DNA from: Trichodelitschia bisporula
Taxonomy: Eukaryota
Reading direction: 5' to 3'
DNA length: 64,000 nt
Assembly: GCA_010356995.1 (NCBI GenBank)
Contig: ML996691.1
Location: 1-64,000 of the forward strand
Shown here: piece by piece, positions 61,712 through 64,000 of the stretch
Layout of the letters: each line of letters opens with the position of its first letter
How positions within the stretch are numbered: position 1 is the first letter of the stretch
Notes under the pieces: model-generated
Database searches by the model: none
Seen by the model: only the letters and a program-made list of their open reading frames with translations
Told to the model about the DNA's origin: nothing
Program-made: the position numbers and the translations under genes

Positions 61712-62896
61712 ATGGCTCCCACAAAGAACATGGCTCGCTCATCTCCCACCCCTCGCCCTAAGGCCCCTTCTCGAATGCCTCGCACTCGCTGGCACCATCC
61801 GAAGACCGGGTAAGTAAACTGCATCCACGATCTACGCCTAGCTAACCGCAAGAGCACCGTCATCTCGGCCGTGGAAGTGATCACCCTCCTCAACTGCACT
61901 CCTACCACCATTCCGACCACCACCAGCACCACCACGCCTCTCACCACCGCGATACCCACCACCGCAACCATCCCTCCCACCACGCCGCTCCCCAGCATCC
62001 TCTGCCCACAAGGCGCCGTCCCCCCCACGGAAAAACGGAAAATCGCCATGGTGCACAAACTCGGCAAAGAGGCCCTGAAGCGCGCTATCAAAGGCCACCC
62101 GGCCAAATACCGCGTAAACAAGCGCGTCCGCGAGGAAGGGTGGCGGGCGCGGCAGCTCTACGCGCCCAGTGCCTTTCCTGCCGGCTGCAAGTTCATCGAT
62201 TACCTGCCGCGACGGCCGACGCCTCTGTACCGCAGCGAGAATGCGCAGGGGGAGGTGAGCGTGGCGCAGGACTCGTGGCTTGCCGACCACGTGTGGGGGT
62301 ATTGTGCGGGGAGGTCGATTGTTCGCGATAGGATTCCCGGGGAGAGGGATCAGGTTAGGCAAGGTACGTCGGGCTGCTCGTTTTGCCCCTTTTCTACTTC
62401 ACTCGTCTCGCTTCGCCTCGCTTCGCTCCATTCGCTTTGCCCAATGCCAACGCCCGCAGGCCCGCCCAACGAGTACGCCGAGTCGCTCCCCATCCCCACC
62501 TGCCTGGAAGCCTTCCCCGCCAACGGCCGCATGCCCTGGGAGGCGGTTCACCCGTTCAAAATATATGCGCATGGGGACCGGTATCACCACAGTTCGGAGC
62601 CGCGGTGGGTGCATGGGCACGTGCGGCTCAACAGGGCGAGGTGGGAGGGGCCGCAGTTCGATAGCGAGCGCTGGGTGTTCGCGGATTGGCTCATGGAGCG
62701 GGTGGAGCGGCTTTGGCTTGCGGGGTAGGCGGGGTATGGGGCGGGGGGGAGCTGGCAGTTGGGGCCTGTGGTGGATGAGCCGCTGCCGGAGGAGGAGGGG
62801 AGGGCGCAGGATGAGGCGGAACGGATGGCGGCGGTGGAGACGGAGACTTGGTGGGATGAGTTAGAGGAGGAGGGGTGGTATAAGGGGGTGGGGTGA
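61712..62896 (+). pseudogene. Hypothetical gene, possibly pseudogenised
   Basis: 285-codon ORF with a Thr/Pro tract and intron signals at 61810 and 62364-62459. After TAG 62726-62728 the same frame continues open and coding-like to TGA 62896. Confidence 0.4.
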
Positions 62897-63161
62897 TGAT
62901 TAAAGGGTTTTGTAATGTGTATTGTTGTAACTGTGGATGTTGCTACTTGAATGAGTCCCGGAGTGGTCGCCAGTCTCACGCGGGAGTACGTTAGATGCCA
63001 GGCTGGAGTTTCGGGGAGGCTCTATGCGAGGCTCAGGAAAATACCATCACATCGGACACTAGTCATGTCGAGTCTCACCACATAAGCACAAAGCGCAAGC
63101 CGTTCACGGTCCCCTCACGAACAGTGCCTATTTAACATTATCGCACATTCTACCCCCATCT

Positions 63162-63995
63162 TCAGACAGGATCATCACTAAACGCTTCCTCCCCCTCCCC
63201 CTCCCCTTCCCCAACCCCACTCTCGGCCGCCCCCTCCTCCCTCAGCCTGATCTTCTCCATCCGTGCAGCCCACATCCCACTCCCCGCCGCCGACGTCAAG
63301 AGGAACAACATACTCAACCCCGGTACAAGCTGCAACACCAACGCCACAGTCCCAAACCACGTATACCCCCATCTGTACTTCTTCACCCACGCCCTCCTCT
63401 CCCGCCTTCCGAATCCCCGGAGCGCGAAATACCGGTGGTGTAAAAGCGGGCCCGCGCGATACCCGGTGAGGAGCAGGAACGCGGGGACACCGACGTAGGG
63501 CAGCAAGTTGAGCGGCAGGAGGAGGATAAACTCCGCGATCTGGCGGAAGCTGAACGGCGCGTACACGCACTTCATCATCGGTTGGCCGAGCCTCTCGACA
63601 TAATCCCCGTCCTCCGACGGCGCGACTGGGCGGCTAAGCGCAACCAGCTCATCCAGCCCGTGCGCCACGAGCACAGCGTCGAAGATATCAACCTGCGTTT
63701 CGTCCACGAGGAAGGCTTCGAAGAGGAGTGCGGCGATCGCAGCGCCCTCGGCGAGCACAAGGAAGGTCCCGTTTATCCACGCCGAGGCGCCGCGGCGGAT
63801 TAGGGCTAGGAAGGCGACTTGGGGGAGGTAGGTGAATGTGAAGAGGAGGAGGAGGATGAAGAGGGTTAGGAGGGTTGCGGGGAGGAGGCGCGCGCGGAGG
63901 AGGGGGTAGAGGGGGGGGTGGGAGGCGAAGTAGACTATTCCTATGAGGGGGTAGAGGCCGGGGGCGTGGACGAGGCGGGAGACGATGGTTGGCAT
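63162..63995 (-). CDS. RRT8: EI24/Lds1-Rrt8 family membrane protein (outer spore wall protein-like)
   Basis: LYPLIGIVYF, FTYLPQVAFL, LVLAEGAAI, DIFDAVL, LPLNLLPYVG, LHHRYFALRG, YTWFG.VA..LQLVP, SAAGSGMWA. Confidence 0.8.
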   Translation of the reverse strand: MPTIVSRLVHAPGLYPLIGIVYFASHPPLYPLLRARLLPATLLTLFILLLLFTFTYLPQVAFLALIRRGASAWINGTFLVLAEGAAIAALLFEAFLVDETQVDIFDAVLVAHGLDELVALSRPVAPSEDGDYVERLGQPMMKCVYAPFSFRQIAEFILLLPLNLLPYVGVPAFLLLTGYRAGPLLHHRYFALRGFGRRERRAWVKKYRWGYTWFGTVALVLQLVPGLSMLFLLTSAAGSGMWAARMEKIRLREEGAAESGVGEGEGEGEEAFSDDPV

Positions 63996-64000
63996 CGTGG

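Overview
Eukaryotic DNA from a GC-rich, very compact filamentous ascomycete (Pezizomycotina; genus cannot be determined by eye). Genes carry short GT-AG introns, mostly 40-55 nt, so the six-frame ORF track fragments them and I rebuilt exon structures by hand. The window opens in the 3' end of a chromodomain-bearing Ty3/Gypsy retrotransposon (integrase tail, PPT, 3' LTR). About 27 recognisable conserved genes follow: MCT-type MFS transporter, CPS1, SSU1, RPL30, RPL10, DPH7, RPL42, a MOSC protein, a kinesin-10-like motor, a patatin-like protein, SLD2, IST1, GH6, GH131, NEDD8/RUB1, Elongin A, MCM4, TBCA, THOC7, a GH13 alpha-glucosidase, TMEM256/DUF423, an M13 peptidase, a BBE-like FAD oxidase, PMR1, RAD21, PET112 and an RRT8/EI24-like protein. 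Two accessory stretches stand out. At 5.4-7.8 kb lies a tandem array of three related small genes I do not recognise; one is absent from the ORF track and is 5'-truncated at a second, unrelated LTR. At 15.6-25 kb lies an island of orphan genes with internal peptide repeats. Other highlights: a yeast-type L30 kink-turn over the RPL30 start codon without the intron it regulates in yeast, a patatin lacking its catalytic serine, and a C-rich to G-rich skew that appears to reset exon by exon. No tRNA, rRNA or CRISPR array was seen. No database searches were run; all homology calls come from motif recognition.
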